From the NCBI GenBank assembly GCA_041746575.1, contig JBGTGT010000044.1, forward strand, positions 1 to 19,712: 19,712 nt of DNA, given 5' to 3'. The DNA is from Microcystaceae cyanobacterium. GTDB lineage: Bacteria; Cyanobacteriota; Cyanobacteriia; Cyanobacteriales; Microcystaceae. This document shows positions 1 through 8,700 of this stretch, piece by piece. The translations under genes and the position numbers were made by a program. The notes below the pieces were generated by a model. The model was not told where the DNA came from. It ran no database searches and was given only the letters and a program-made list of their open reading frames with translations. How positions within the stretch are numbered: position 1 is the stretch's first letter; every line of letters starts with the position of its first letter.

Positions 1-70
1 AGTTAAGGCAAAATCGTCATCTCCCCAATAAAAATAAATCGGCATTTTTATTTGTTTGAGCGATACTTAA

Positions 71-157
71 CGGAGAGGGAGGGATTCGAACCCTCGTTAA
101 AGTTACCCCTAAACAGCATTTCCAGTGCTGCGCCTTCAACCGCTCGGCCACCTCTCC
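71..157 (-). tRNA. trnS: tRNA-Ser (anticodon GGA)
   Basis: Reverse complement reads GGAGAGGTGGCCGAGCGGTTGAAGGCG-CAGCA-CT-GGA-AA-TGCTG, then a long variable arm, then GAGGG-TTCGAAT-CCCTC-CCTCTCC-G. It has a 7-bp acceptor stem, a T-loop and discriminator G. CCA is not encoded. Confidence 0.97.
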
Positions 158-179
158 TAAAATGGGGTCACAGTCTTTC

Positions 180-185
180 ATTATA
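180..185 (-). promoter_or_regulatory. Putative -10 element (TATAAT) for tRNA-Ser
   Basis: Perfect TATAAT on the minus strand 22 nt upstream of the tRNA 5' end; no convincing -35. Confidence 0.5.
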
Positions 186-223
186 CAATAAAGGAATAAC
201 TTTACTTAGCCTATTTCTGAAAA

Positions 224-592
224 ATGTCCATTTCTCATCAAATTCGGATTCGCCACCGTCAAGCCAACGAAGAATACATTTTTACTGTTCCAGACGATCA
301 ATACATTCTCCAGAGCGCAGAAGAGCAAGGTTATTCATTGCCCTTTTCCTGTCGTAACGGGGCTTGTACCACTTGCGCTGTTAGAGTTTTAGCGGGTGAA
401 CTGGAGCAACCCGAAGCGATAGGACTTTCTCCCGAGCTTCAAAAACGGGGCTATGCGTTATTGTGTGTTAGCTATGCTAAATCTGACCTTGTCGTGGAAA
501 CTCAGGATGAAGACGAAGTTTATGAATTGCAATTTGGTCGTTATTTCGGAAGAGGAAAAATTAGATATCGTTTACCCTTAGAAGAAGACTAA
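224..592 (+). CDS. fed2: Plant-type [2Fe-2S] ferredoxin with C-terminal extension (Fed2/FdC2-like)
   Basis: C-x4-C-x2-C motif (CRNGACTTC) plus distal LLC. The C-terminal extension DEDEVYELQFGRYFGRGK is typical of the Fed2/FdC2 class. It sits next to an inositol monophosphatase, as I recall for Synechocystis sll1382-sll1383. Confidence 0.9.
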   Translation: MSISHQIRIRHRQANEEYIFTVPDDQYILQSAEEQGYSLPFSCRNGACTTCAVRVLAGELEQPEAIGLSPELQKRGYALLCVSYAKSDLVVETQDEDEVYELQFGRYFGRGKIRYRLPLEED

Positions 593-612
593 CCCGCTTA
601 AATCTGAATTTT

Positions 613-1455
613 ATGAATTCTAAGTTTAATGAACGCCAACGGTTTCTGGAGGTTGCCACAGAAGCGGCTTTAGCGGCCGGTGCTATCTTGCAAGACTTGT
701 GGGGAAATCTAGTAACCATTGAAGAAAAAGGGCAATCAGGCGATTTAGTCACGGAAGCCGACAAAAAAGCAGAATCCTTGATTCTCGATCTGCTTACTCG
801 CCATTTTCCTGACCATTCGATTCTCACTGAAGAAACAGGACAGATTGGCAACCCTGAAAATTCTTATCTATGGGCGGTTGATCCCCTCGATGGAACAACG
901 AATTATGCGCACGGTTACCCTGTTTCTGCCGTTTCCATCGGTCTTTTAATCGATGGAACACCTCACGTTGGCGTGGTTTATAATCCGTTTCGTCATGAGC
1001 TTTTTCGAGGGGCTAAGGGATTAGGGGCAACTTTAAACCGTCGTCCGATTCACGTTTCTGAGATCCCAGATCTTCACAAAAGTTTACTGGTTAGCGGTTT
1101 TGCCTATGATCGCTGTACTACCTCAGACACGAATTATCCCGAATTTTGCTATCTAACCCATCTTACCCAAGGCGTACGCCGCAGTGGTTCGGCATCCTTA
1201 GACTTAACTGATGTCGCTTGTGGCCGAGTGGACGGTTACTGGGAAAGGGGGATTAAGTTATGGGATATTGCCGCCGGATGTGTGATTTTAAGCGAAGCAG
1301 GTGGAAAAATTACAGCTTATGACGGACATCCTATCGATTGGCAATCGGGTCGGATTTTAGCGACCAACGGACTGATTCATCACGCCTTAGGTGAGGCATT
1401 AAAAAATGCACAACCTTGGTTAAAAAAAGTTTATAGTGGGGAATACTCTTACTAA
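613..1455 (+). CDS. suhB: Inositol monophosphatase family protein (SuhB-like)
   Basis: IMPase motifs DLVTEAD, WAVDPLDGTTNY, RRSGSASLD and WDIAAG. Confidence 0.93.
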   Translation: MNSKFNERQRFLEVATEAALAAGAILQDLWGNLVTIEEKGQSGDLVTEADKKAESLILDLLTRHFPDHSILTEETGQIGNPENSYLWAVDPLDGTTNYAHGYPVSAVSIGLLIDGTPHVGVVYNPFRHELFRGAKGLGATLNRRPIHVSEIPDLHKSLLVSGFAYDRCTTSDTNYPEFCYLTHLTQGVRRSGSASLDLTDVACGRVDGYWERGIKLWDIAAGCVILSEAGGKITAYDGHPIDWQSGRILATNGLIHHALGEALKNAQPWLKKVYSGEYSY

Positions 1456-1471
1456 AGGAGTATATCTTTTT
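1443..1471 (+). terminator. Possible weak hairpin/terminator at the end of suhB
   Basis: ATACTCTT-ACTAA-AGGAGTAT stem (one G:U pair) spanning the stop codon, followed by ATCTTTTT. The stem is AT-rich and weak. Confidence 0.25.
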
Positions 1472-1560
1472 GGCGTAAATCTAAGGATTACTTTTATTCC
1501 TTTCCTAATTAGGTCAAAAATACTAAAAGGCAGGCGATTTTAACGGGAGATAATACCATT

Positions 1561-2511
1561 ATGGCTGAGATAATATTAGGCATCACAAAAGGGCTTTTTC
1601 GCTATGATTTAACGGATTATTTTGCGATTTTGGGCATTCCAATTGGTGCGGACACCTCAAAAATTCGGGAAAGATACGTAAAAATTGCCTATCGTCTGCA
1701 CCCTGATACGTGCAAAGAGAAGACACCAGAGCAAAAACAACAAGCCAGCAAGATATTATCGCGTGTTGTTAATCCTTCCTACGAAAAACTGTCTAAAGAG
1801 TCTTCTTTGTCTGAATATTTAATTGTTTTATCCCAGACAGGTCGCAGTATGATTACTGAAGCGTCCGCTTCTGCCGTTGAGGGGAAGGCCGCCCAAAAAC
1901 TGTTTGGTTTTCATCAAGATTTGGATTTAGCCTATTTTAAGTTTCTAAGCGTGTTGGTTAACCATCAATACGAGGATTTAGACCTCAATCGAATTTATAA
2001 CGCCATTGCGGAGATTAGTGAACTCAATCTTGTTTATCTATTCCGTAAACAAGGAGAAGGCATCCGCCAATACCGTTCTTGCCCCATTCCTCAAGTCGAA
2101 AAAACGACCTTAACTCAAGCTCCCTCTCCCCCTAGTCGTGAATCTGTCTGCGATCAAGCGAAAACTTCCTCTCCTCTAGAAACTTGCATTCGACGCGCTC
2201 AGGAGTATTTAGAAAAAGAAAATTACGCGCAAATCATTCTAGAAATGCGAGATGCCCTCAAAATTGACCCCAAAAATGGTCGCTGTCATGGTTTAATGGG
2301 ATTAGCCTACCTTAGACAAAATCAACTGCCTATGGCGAAGGTTTATGTGGATACTGCCCTTAAAGCGGACCCCGATGATGTCGTCGTTCGTCAAGCCAGA
2401 GATGAATATCGCAAACTAGCCCCCCACGTAGAAGCCTCTAAACGGAAGCCGGAAGATTCAAGCAAGAAAACCGGTTTTTGGGGAACGATGTTCGGCGATA
2501 AATCAAAATAG
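1561..2511 (+). CDS. J-domain (DnaJ class C) protein with C-terminal TPR repeats
   Basis: N-terminal DYFAILG...YRLHPD J-domain with HPD motif. TPR-like segment (AQEYLEKENY...ALKIDP...GLMGLAYL...ALKADP). GGGAG lies upstream. Confidence 0.88.
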   Translation: MAEIILGITKGLFRYDLTDYFAILGIPIGADTSKIRERYVKIAYRLHPDTCKEKTPEQKQQASKILSRVVNPSYEKLSKESSLSEYLIVLSQTGRSMITEASASAVEGKAAQKLFGFHQDLDLAYFKFLSVLVNHQYEDLDLNRIYNAIAEISELNLVYLFRKQGEGIRQYRSCPIPQVEKTTLTQAPSPPSRESVCDQAKTSSPLETCIRRAQEYLEKENYAQIILEMRDALKIDPKNGRCHGLMGLAYLRQNQLPMAKVYVDTALKADPDDVVVRQARDEYRKLAPHVEASKRKPEDSSKKTGFWGTMFGDKSK

Positions 2512-2515
2512 ACGC

Positions 2516-3304
2516 TTACTGATACAGTCGTTGTCGTTGTACTTCGTATAAAATCACCGCCGTGGCGATCGCTACATTCAAGGACTCGACTTGTTTTTGT
2601 TGAGGAATTGTGACCCATTGATCGGCTAAATCAAGCAAATCGGGCGATAATCCGGCTCCTTCGTTCCCCATCAAGATTAATGTGGGTTGAGTAAAGTCTA
2701 TCTCCCAATAGGTTTTTTCTGCTTTTGGTAAGGTGGCAATTGTTTGTACGCCTTGGGACTTATATTTTTGAATGAGCGGTTTTAAATCCGTTACCATTTC
2801 CAACGGAAGATGAAACCACGCTCCTGCCGACGCTCTTAGCACTTTAGGATGGTCAAATTCGACGCTATCCTGACTTAAATAAAGTTTTTGCAGACCGGTT
2901 GCCACGGAAGTGCGAATAATTGTGCCTAAATTACCCGGATCTTGTAATTTTTCTAAAATCAATCCTAAATTTAGAGAAATACTACTTTGGTTTTGCGCTT
3001 CAGTCCGTAACAAAGTGGCAACCACCCCATCGGGGTTCACCGTCGTGGTTAAAGATTGCAACACTTCTGGACTCACCAAAATAAGCCTTTTCGCTTGTTG
3101 CGAGACAAATTCCCATAACTGAGGATAGCGTATTTGCCAATCTTGAGTATAACAGACCGTTTCTAAGGAACATTGCCCTTCACTGGCCGTCTCTAGCAGA
3201 TGAGTTCCCTCTAAAATCACTAAATTCTGCTCCCTTCGTCCTTTGCGACGATGGAGTTTACGAATCTGTTTGACCAGAGGATTCTGAAGACTGGTGATCA
3301 TCAA
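2516..3304 (-). CDS. SpoU/TrmH-family RNA 2'-O-methyltransferase (two-domain, YsgA-like)
   Basis: SPOUT motifs DPGNLGTIIR, MGNEGAGL and ESLNVAIA, plus an N-terminal ITSLQNP...LEG substrate-binding domain. The start is either of two adjacent ATGs (3304 or 3301). Confidence 0.92.
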   Translation of the reverse strand: MMITSLQNPLVKQIRKLHRRKGRREQNLVILEGTHLLETASEGQCSLETVCYTQDWQIRYPQLWEFVSQQAKRLILVSPEVLQSLTTTVNPDGVVATLLRTEAQNQSSISLNLGLILEKLQDPGNLGTIIRTSVATGLQKLYLSQDSVEFDHPKVLRASAGAWFHLPLEMVTDLKPLIQKYKSQGVQTIATLPKAEKTYWEIDFTQPTLILMGNEGAGLSPDLLDLADQWVTIPQQKQVESLNVAIATAVILYEVQRQRLYQ

Positions 3305-3322
3305 TCATTCTTGTCTCAATGA

Positions 3323-3406
3323 TGCGGAACTCGGGACTTGAACCCGAAAGTCCTTGCGGACACTAGAACCTGAATCTAGCGCGTCTACCAATTCCGCCAG
3401 TTCCGC
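3323..3406 (-). tRNA. trnL: tRNA-Leu (anticodon CAG)
   Basis: Reverse complement reads GCGGAACTGGCGGAATTGGTAGACGCG-CTAGA-TT-CAG-GT-TCTAG-TGTCCGCAAGGACTT-TCGGG-TTCAAGT-CCCGA-GTTCCGC-A. Cloverleaf with variable arm and discriminator A; CCA is not encoded. Confidence 0.97.
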
Positions 3407-3428
3407 AGATTTTAACACCCAACTTTTT

Positions 3429-3457
3429 ATCATACTATGGAGATAAATTACTGTCAA
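3429..3457 (-). promoter_or_regulatory. Sigma70-type promoter for tRNA-Leu (and probably the methyltransferase gene)
   Basis: Minus strand TTGACA (3457-3452), 17-nt spacer, TATGAT (3434-3429), ending 22 nt upstream of the tRNA. Confidence 0.8.
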
Positions 3458-3536
3458 TCTCTAGACAGTTTGTCCCTTTTTCGCTAACAATCAAAGGCGA
3501 CAGATAGGGTAAACAACGATAACACATCACAATTTT

Positions 3537-3542
3537 AGGAGG
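3537..3542 (+). promoter_or_regulatory. Shine-Dalgarno AGGAGG for murA
   Basis: Perfect AGGAGG 8 nt before the in-frame ATC at 3551. Confidence 0.7.
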
Positions 3543-3550
3543 ATTTAGCC

Positions 3551-4894
3551 ATCGAACGTTCTACTTTTCTCAACGCTATCCCCCCAAATCCTGTAGAGAA
3601 TGCGCCTATTCTCGAAATCTGGGGACAAACCCCCCTCAGAGGGGAAGTAATCATCAGTGGGGCCAAAAATTCGGCGTTAGCGTTAATGGCCGGTGCGATT
3701 CTCTGTCCTGAAAGCTGTTGTCTGCGAAATGTTCCCTTACTGGCAGATATTAAGAGCATGAGTAAAATCATTGCGGCATTAGGTGTTAAATTAGAGCGAA
3801 AAGGCGATGCTTTAGAAATCGATGCCCACAATATTGGTCAAAGTCAAGCCCCCTATGAATTAGTCTCCCAATTAAGAGCAAGCTTTTTTGTCATTGGCCC
3901 TTTATTGGCGCGTTTAGGATTTGCCCGCGTTCCTTTGCCGGGTGGGTGTGCCATTGGAGCGCGGCCGGTGGAACTGCACGTGCGAGGACTTCAGGCGATG
4001 GGAGCAGAGGTTCAGATCGATCACGGGGTCGTAGAAGCCTCAGTTAAGGGCAATGGCCGTCTCAAAGGGGCAAAAATACACTTAGATTATCCCAGTGTCG
4101 GCGCAACAGAAACCATTATGATGGCCGCGACTCTCGCCGAAGGGGAAACCGTGATTGATAATGCGGCACAAGAACCAGAAATCGTGGATTTAGCAGGTTT
4201 TTGTCGAGCAATGGGGGCAAATGTTACGGGAGATGGCAGCAAAAGGATTGTTATCTCTGGCGTGAAGGCTCTACATACCGCAGATTACCCTGTTATTCCT
4301 GATCGCATTGAGGCAGGAACGTTTTTGGCGGCGGGAGCGATTACCCAATCGGAAATTAGTCTTTATCCCGTTATTCCTCAACATTTAACTTCAACCATTG
4401 CCAAATTGGAGCAAATTGGCACAAAAGTAGTTCTCGAATCGGCAAATCGTCTGCGGGTTATTCCTCATTCCCTGCAAGCGGCGGATATCGAAACTTTGCC
4501 CTTTCCCGGTTTTCCGACGGATATGCAAGCCCAATTGATGGCAGTCTTAACGCTAGCGGAAGGGAGCAGTGTCGTTACCGAAACGGTCTTTGAAAATCGT
4601 CTGCGTCATGTGGCGGAATTACAACGGATGGGGGCGGATATTAAGGTTAAAGGTAATGTAGCGGTGGTAAAAGGGGTTTCTTTCCTCTCTGGTGCGCCCG
4701 TAATGGCAACAGACCTTCGGGCTTCGGCTGCCTTGGTTTTAGCAGGATTAGCCGCCCATGGAAAAACAACGGTTCAAGGCCTTCATCATTTAGATCGGGG
4801 ATATGACAATTTAGAGGGCAAATTGCAGAAATTGGGGGCAAAATTACAACGAGTCGATGGTAATCTGACTTTATCTGAGGCGATCAAAGTTTAG
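3551..4894 (+). CDS. murA: UDP-N-acetylglucosamine 1-carboxyvinyltransferase (probable non-canonical ATC start; ORF-track start 3686 is too late)
   Basis: MurA motifs [16 protein letters not shown] (catalytic Cys), [26 protein letters not shown] and HLDRGY. The conserved [15 protein letters not shown] motif lies in frame upstream of ATG 3686. Product identity is very secure; the start position is inferred. Confidence 0.95.
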   Translation: MERSTFLNAIPPNPVENAPILEIWGQTPLRGEVIISGAKNSALALMAGAILCPESCCLRNVPLLADIKSMSKIIAALGVKLERKGDALEIDAHNIGQSQAPYELVSQLRASFFVIGPLLARLGFARVPLPGGCAIGARPVELHVRGLQAMGAEVQIDHGVVEASVKGNGRLKGAKIHLDYPSVGATETIMMAATLAEGETVIDNAAQEPEIVDLAGFCRAMGANVTGDGSKRIVISGVKALHTADYPVIPDRIEAGTFLAAGAITQSEISLYPVIPQHLTSTIAKLEQIGTKVVLESANRLRVIPHSLQAADIETLPFPGFPTDMQAQLMAVLTLAEGSSVVTETVFENRLRHVAELQRMGADIKVKGNVAVVKGVSFLSGAPVMATDLRASAALVLAGLAAHGKTTVQGLHHLDRGYDNLEGKLQKLGAKLQRVDGNLTLSEAIKV

Positions 4895-4977
4895 CAACCC
4901 TTTTCTTGTAGCTTTCTCCGTAGGGTGAGGATTTCCGGTTGGTGTCATCACTCTTTTTTGTGTTTTATCGTTTTTCT

Positions 4978-5709
4978 TTATTTTCCTTCATAAGCGACAA
5001 CACAATCTCGTCCTCGTTGTTTTGCGGCATAAAGTGCCTCATCAGCTTTTTGAATTAATCCTTCTCCGGTGGTTTCTTGGCGGGGAAACTCAGCCAATCC
5101 AAAGGAGGCAGTGATTTTCTGAAGCAATTTACCTTGATGATGAATTTCTAGCTTTTTGAGTCCTTCTTGCAGTAATGTTGCTCGTTTTTGAGCATCTTCT
5201 AACGTTGCCTCCGGCAGAATCAGGGTTAATTCTTCGCCTCCATAACGACAGGCAATATCGGAGGCGCGAATATGAGTTTTGAGAAATCGTCCCAAGGTAC
5301 TTAAGACGGCATTTCCTGCCTCATGACCGTAGGTATCGTTAAATTGTTTAAAATGATCAACATCAATCATAATCAGACTTAAGGCATATTTTTTGCGTTT
5401 TGCGAGTTCAATTTCTCGTTTTAAAGCTTCTTCGAGATAATAACGATTAAATAACCCTGTTAACGCATCTATAACGCTTCTTTGACGTAGTTCCTCCCGT
5501 AATTGTAAATTTACAAGGGAAAGGGAGAGGGTTTCCGCTACTTTTTTGGCTAATTTTACAATTCTGTCGTTTAGTTCTTCAAATTCATCTGAATTGAGAT
5601 AGAATAACCCCATTGCTTTTCCCTGCCGGTCTGACAATGCGATATTCCTCTTCATAAACCCCACTCTGCGCCATTTTTTCAAGGGCGGTTTCTTGTTTTT
5701 TTCGATCAT
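4978..5709 (-). CDS. GGDEF diguanylate cyclase domain with a GAF C-terminal remnant (3' part of a split gene; real homology begins ~5625)
   Basis: DALTGLFNR, IDVDHFKQFNDTYGH, RxxD I-site (RASD), RYGGEEL and ITASFG. Preceded by QGKAMGLFYL...VAETLSLSLVNLQLRE, which resembles the end of a GAF domain. The first ~28 aa are an alternative frame of the upstream PAS sequence. Confidence 0.88.
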   Translation of the reverse strand: MIEKNKKPPLKKWRRVGFMKRNIALSDRQGKAMGLFYLNSDEFEELNDRIVKLAKKVAETLSLSLVNLQLREELRQRSVIDALTGLFNRYYLEEALKREIELAKRKKYALSLIMIDVDHFKQFNDTYGHEAGNAVLSTLGRFLKTHIRASDIACRYGGEELTLILPEATLEDAQKRATLLQEGLKKLEIHHQGKLLQKITASFGLAEFPRQETTGEGLIQKADEALYAAKQRGRDCVVAYEGK

Positions 5710-8700
5710 CGGGATAAACGGTATCTAACCAACTAGTTCCCTCTTCGTATAAACTGTGACTACTGCGTCCCCAGATTTTTTCGTAGGCTGGACTGATATA
5801 AATAACCTGACGGGGATCTGCCGGATTAATCCATAAAACTTCTTCGATATTTTCAACTAATAATCTAAAGCGTTCTTCACTTTCTTGAAGGGCAATTTCT
5901 GCTTGTTTTTTCTCCGTGATATCTTGGGAAAGAATGGCAATTCGAGTGATGTGATCGCTGTGATCTTTAATAGGATAAATACAATGATTAATATCTCGTT
6001 CTTCTTGTCGTTCCTTATCAAATTGTCTATCTTCAAACTGAATAAGTTTCCGAGTATAAATAGCTTCAATAATTTTTGCCCAATAGTTGGAGCGAAGTTC
6101 AGGTGCAAGATAATCAAAAAGATTACTGGATAACAATTGATCGAGAGATGTTCCTAAGCGTTGAGCAACGGTTTGATTAGCTATTAAAATATTGCCTTGA
6201 GGTTCAATCAATAGCAGTGCATCTTGAATCGCATTAAGAATTGCTCGTAATTTTTCTTCACTTTCTCGCAGGGCTTCTTCTATCTGCTTTCGTTGACTAA
6301 TATCTGTTACTAACGATAAAGAGCCACTATAATTTCCTGCTTCATTTAATAAGGGATTTGAGGAAATAGTTGTCCAAATGGCGTAACCTTGATTCGTGAT
6401 TAATTCTAAATCATAATGGTGTGCTTTTCCTTGACGAAGAGCCGCTAAATGATATTTCAATAACTGACGGTTGCGGTCATCCATAAAAATAAAAATTGAC
6501 ATCCCCAAAATTTCTCGAAGCGGATATCCTAACATCTGCGCTAAAATTTCGTTGGCGAAAATAATCTCACCATTTTCGTCTAGCATTAAGATGCCTTCAT
6601 TGACAGTTTCAATAATCGTTCGATAACGATCTTCACTTTCTCTTAAAGAAATTTCTGTTTGTTTTAATTGAGTAATATTGTGCGTAATTGTGACCGCTAA
6701 TTTGACCTTTCCTTGTTCATCAAAAACGGGAGAAGATTGAACAATTGACCATTGGGGTTGTTTGGCTTTTTTAAGATGAAAACGCATAATGGTTGGTTGA
6801 ACAATCTGTCCTTTCAAGGCTAGACGACTCGGTAATTGCTCAAGGGGAAATCCATCACCATTTTCATCAAATAACTCAAATTTATCGCTTAATGTCTGCT
6901 CGTTCCATTCTTTTAGCATTGCTTCGGGGCTATCGTAACCCATACTATGGGCTAACACCGTATTGACATAAATCAGACGATGGTCGGGATCAAATACACT
7001 AATTCCATCAGAAATGTTCGATAAGATGGTATTAAGTTGGTCTTTCGTCGCTTGTAGCTCTGTTTCTCGTTCTTTTCGTTTTGTAATATCCAACATAATG
7101 CCGATCACTTGTTCGGGTTTGCCGGCTTTCTCTCCTAACATAACACCGCGATCATGAACCCAAAGGTAATGTCCTTGCTGATGACGAAAACGATATTCGA
7201 GATCATAAAGTTTATTTTCTAAAAAAGCACGGTCAAATTCGGCTAACATTTTGGATAAATCGTCTGGATAGACTCGACTGAGCCATGCGTGGCTACTATT
7301 GCCAATTTCTTCTGAATTGTAGCCCAGTAATTCAGTATATCGCCCTCGCCATTCAATAATATCTTCGACCACATCATGCTCATAGACGATTTCCCCTAAG
7401 GCTTGAATAAAGGATTCATTGCGGCGAATTAATTGATTCTGAATATCCTGCGCTTGTTTTTTGAGGGTTACATCTTCTATCATGACCAATTCTAAGGGAA
7501 TTAAAGAATCTTCCTGTAAAATTACAGAAGCGAAAATATGAACCCAAATTTTCACGCCATTTTTACAAATTAAACATTGTTCGAGGGGGGTAGCTGACGC
7601 TTCTGCTTGCTGGAGACAAGGAGAATAAATTAAAGCATAGTCGTCGCTATTAGGGCAGAGAAAATCGCTGAGGTGTTTATGAGCTAATTCTGCCGTAGAA
7701 TAACCTAAAATTGATGTTAACGCATAGTTGCTTTGCATAATCGTCTGTTCTTGATTGACCAAAGCAATCCCTAAGACAGCATTGTCGAAAATTGCCCGAA
7801 ATTGAGCTTCTTGACTCAGTTTTTCTTTCTGTTCTCGCATCCGTTCCGTGATATCTTCAAGAGTCAGGATAATTCCTTGTAATTGCCTATTTTCGTCTAA
7901 TAAAGGAGCGGCGTTGAGAGAGAGAAAACTTTGAATATCCTCCGTCCATCGTAAACTACAGTGACACTGATAGAGAGGATGATGAGTTCTCATGACTTTT
8001 TGATAAGGAAGATCCTCATCAGGGATAGGATTCCCCTGAAAATAAGTCCATTGAGCATCAGGTAAAGCAAATATGAAAGAATTGCTAGATTGTGTCGAAT
8101 GAATGCCTAAAATAGACTGCGATCGCTCATTGGCTATCATAATTTTACCGTCAGGATTGAGTAAAAGAATGCCAACGGGACTGGTTTCCATAATCTTAGC
8201 GGACAGCAATAATTCTCTTTTTAGGGTACGAGTACGCCGCTGAACTTGTTTTTCGAGATTTTCATTAAGTTGTTGTAATTCCTGTCTTATTTCTCTTTCT
8301 TCGGTGATATCCATTCCTGTGCCGATAACATAGGCGATTTGCCCATTGGAATGGCGCAAAATGGCATTTGTCCAAAGTATATAGCGTTTCTTTCCTGTTT
8401 TGGTTAACCAATAGTTTTCATGACATAGCGAATATCCTTGAGTCGTCAGTAATTGAAAAACCGTTTTAACCCCTTCTCGTTCCTCAGGGATCAAAAAAAT
8501 ATCCCAAAAAAACTGCCCTAAGACCTCTTGCTCTTGATAATCGGTTACTTTCTCGCACGTTTTATTAAAACGAACAATTTTACCCGCTGGATTGAGAACA
8601 ATTATTAAACTGCCGACGGTATCTAAAAACAATGTTATCAATTGATGTTCTTGCAGTAGTGCATTTTCAACCCCTTCTAAATCGTGAGCTAGAGTAGAAC

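Noticed and set aside
1..52. Possible 3' end of a plus-strand gene (VKAKSSSPQ*) and an AT-only hairpin
   Set aside because: Too short to support either call.
52..357. 101-aa plus-strand ORF
   Set aside because: Antisense to tRNA-Ser and overlapping the ferredoxin out of frame; no protein motifs.
2516..3304. Methyltransferase as TrmL acting on the adjacent tRNA-Leu
   Set aside because: TrmL is a short single-domain SPOUT protein acting on Leu CAA/UAA anticodons; this protein is two-domain and the tRNA is CAG.
71..3406. tRNA genes as prophage or island attachment sites
   Set aside because: No integrase and no duplicated tRNA 3' end seen in the window; the visible neighbouring genes are housekeeping. 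Sequence left of position 1 cannot be assessed.
3686..3688. ATG 3686 as the murA start
   Set aside because: It would omit the conserved GAKN active-site motif encoded just upstream.
5617..5623. GGGAAAA heptamer as a programmed -1 frameshift joining PAS and GGDEF
   Set aside because: The join needs +1 (or -2), the heptamer is not phased as X XXY YYZ in the PAS frame, and even a corrected frame would fuse half a PAS to the tail of a GAF.
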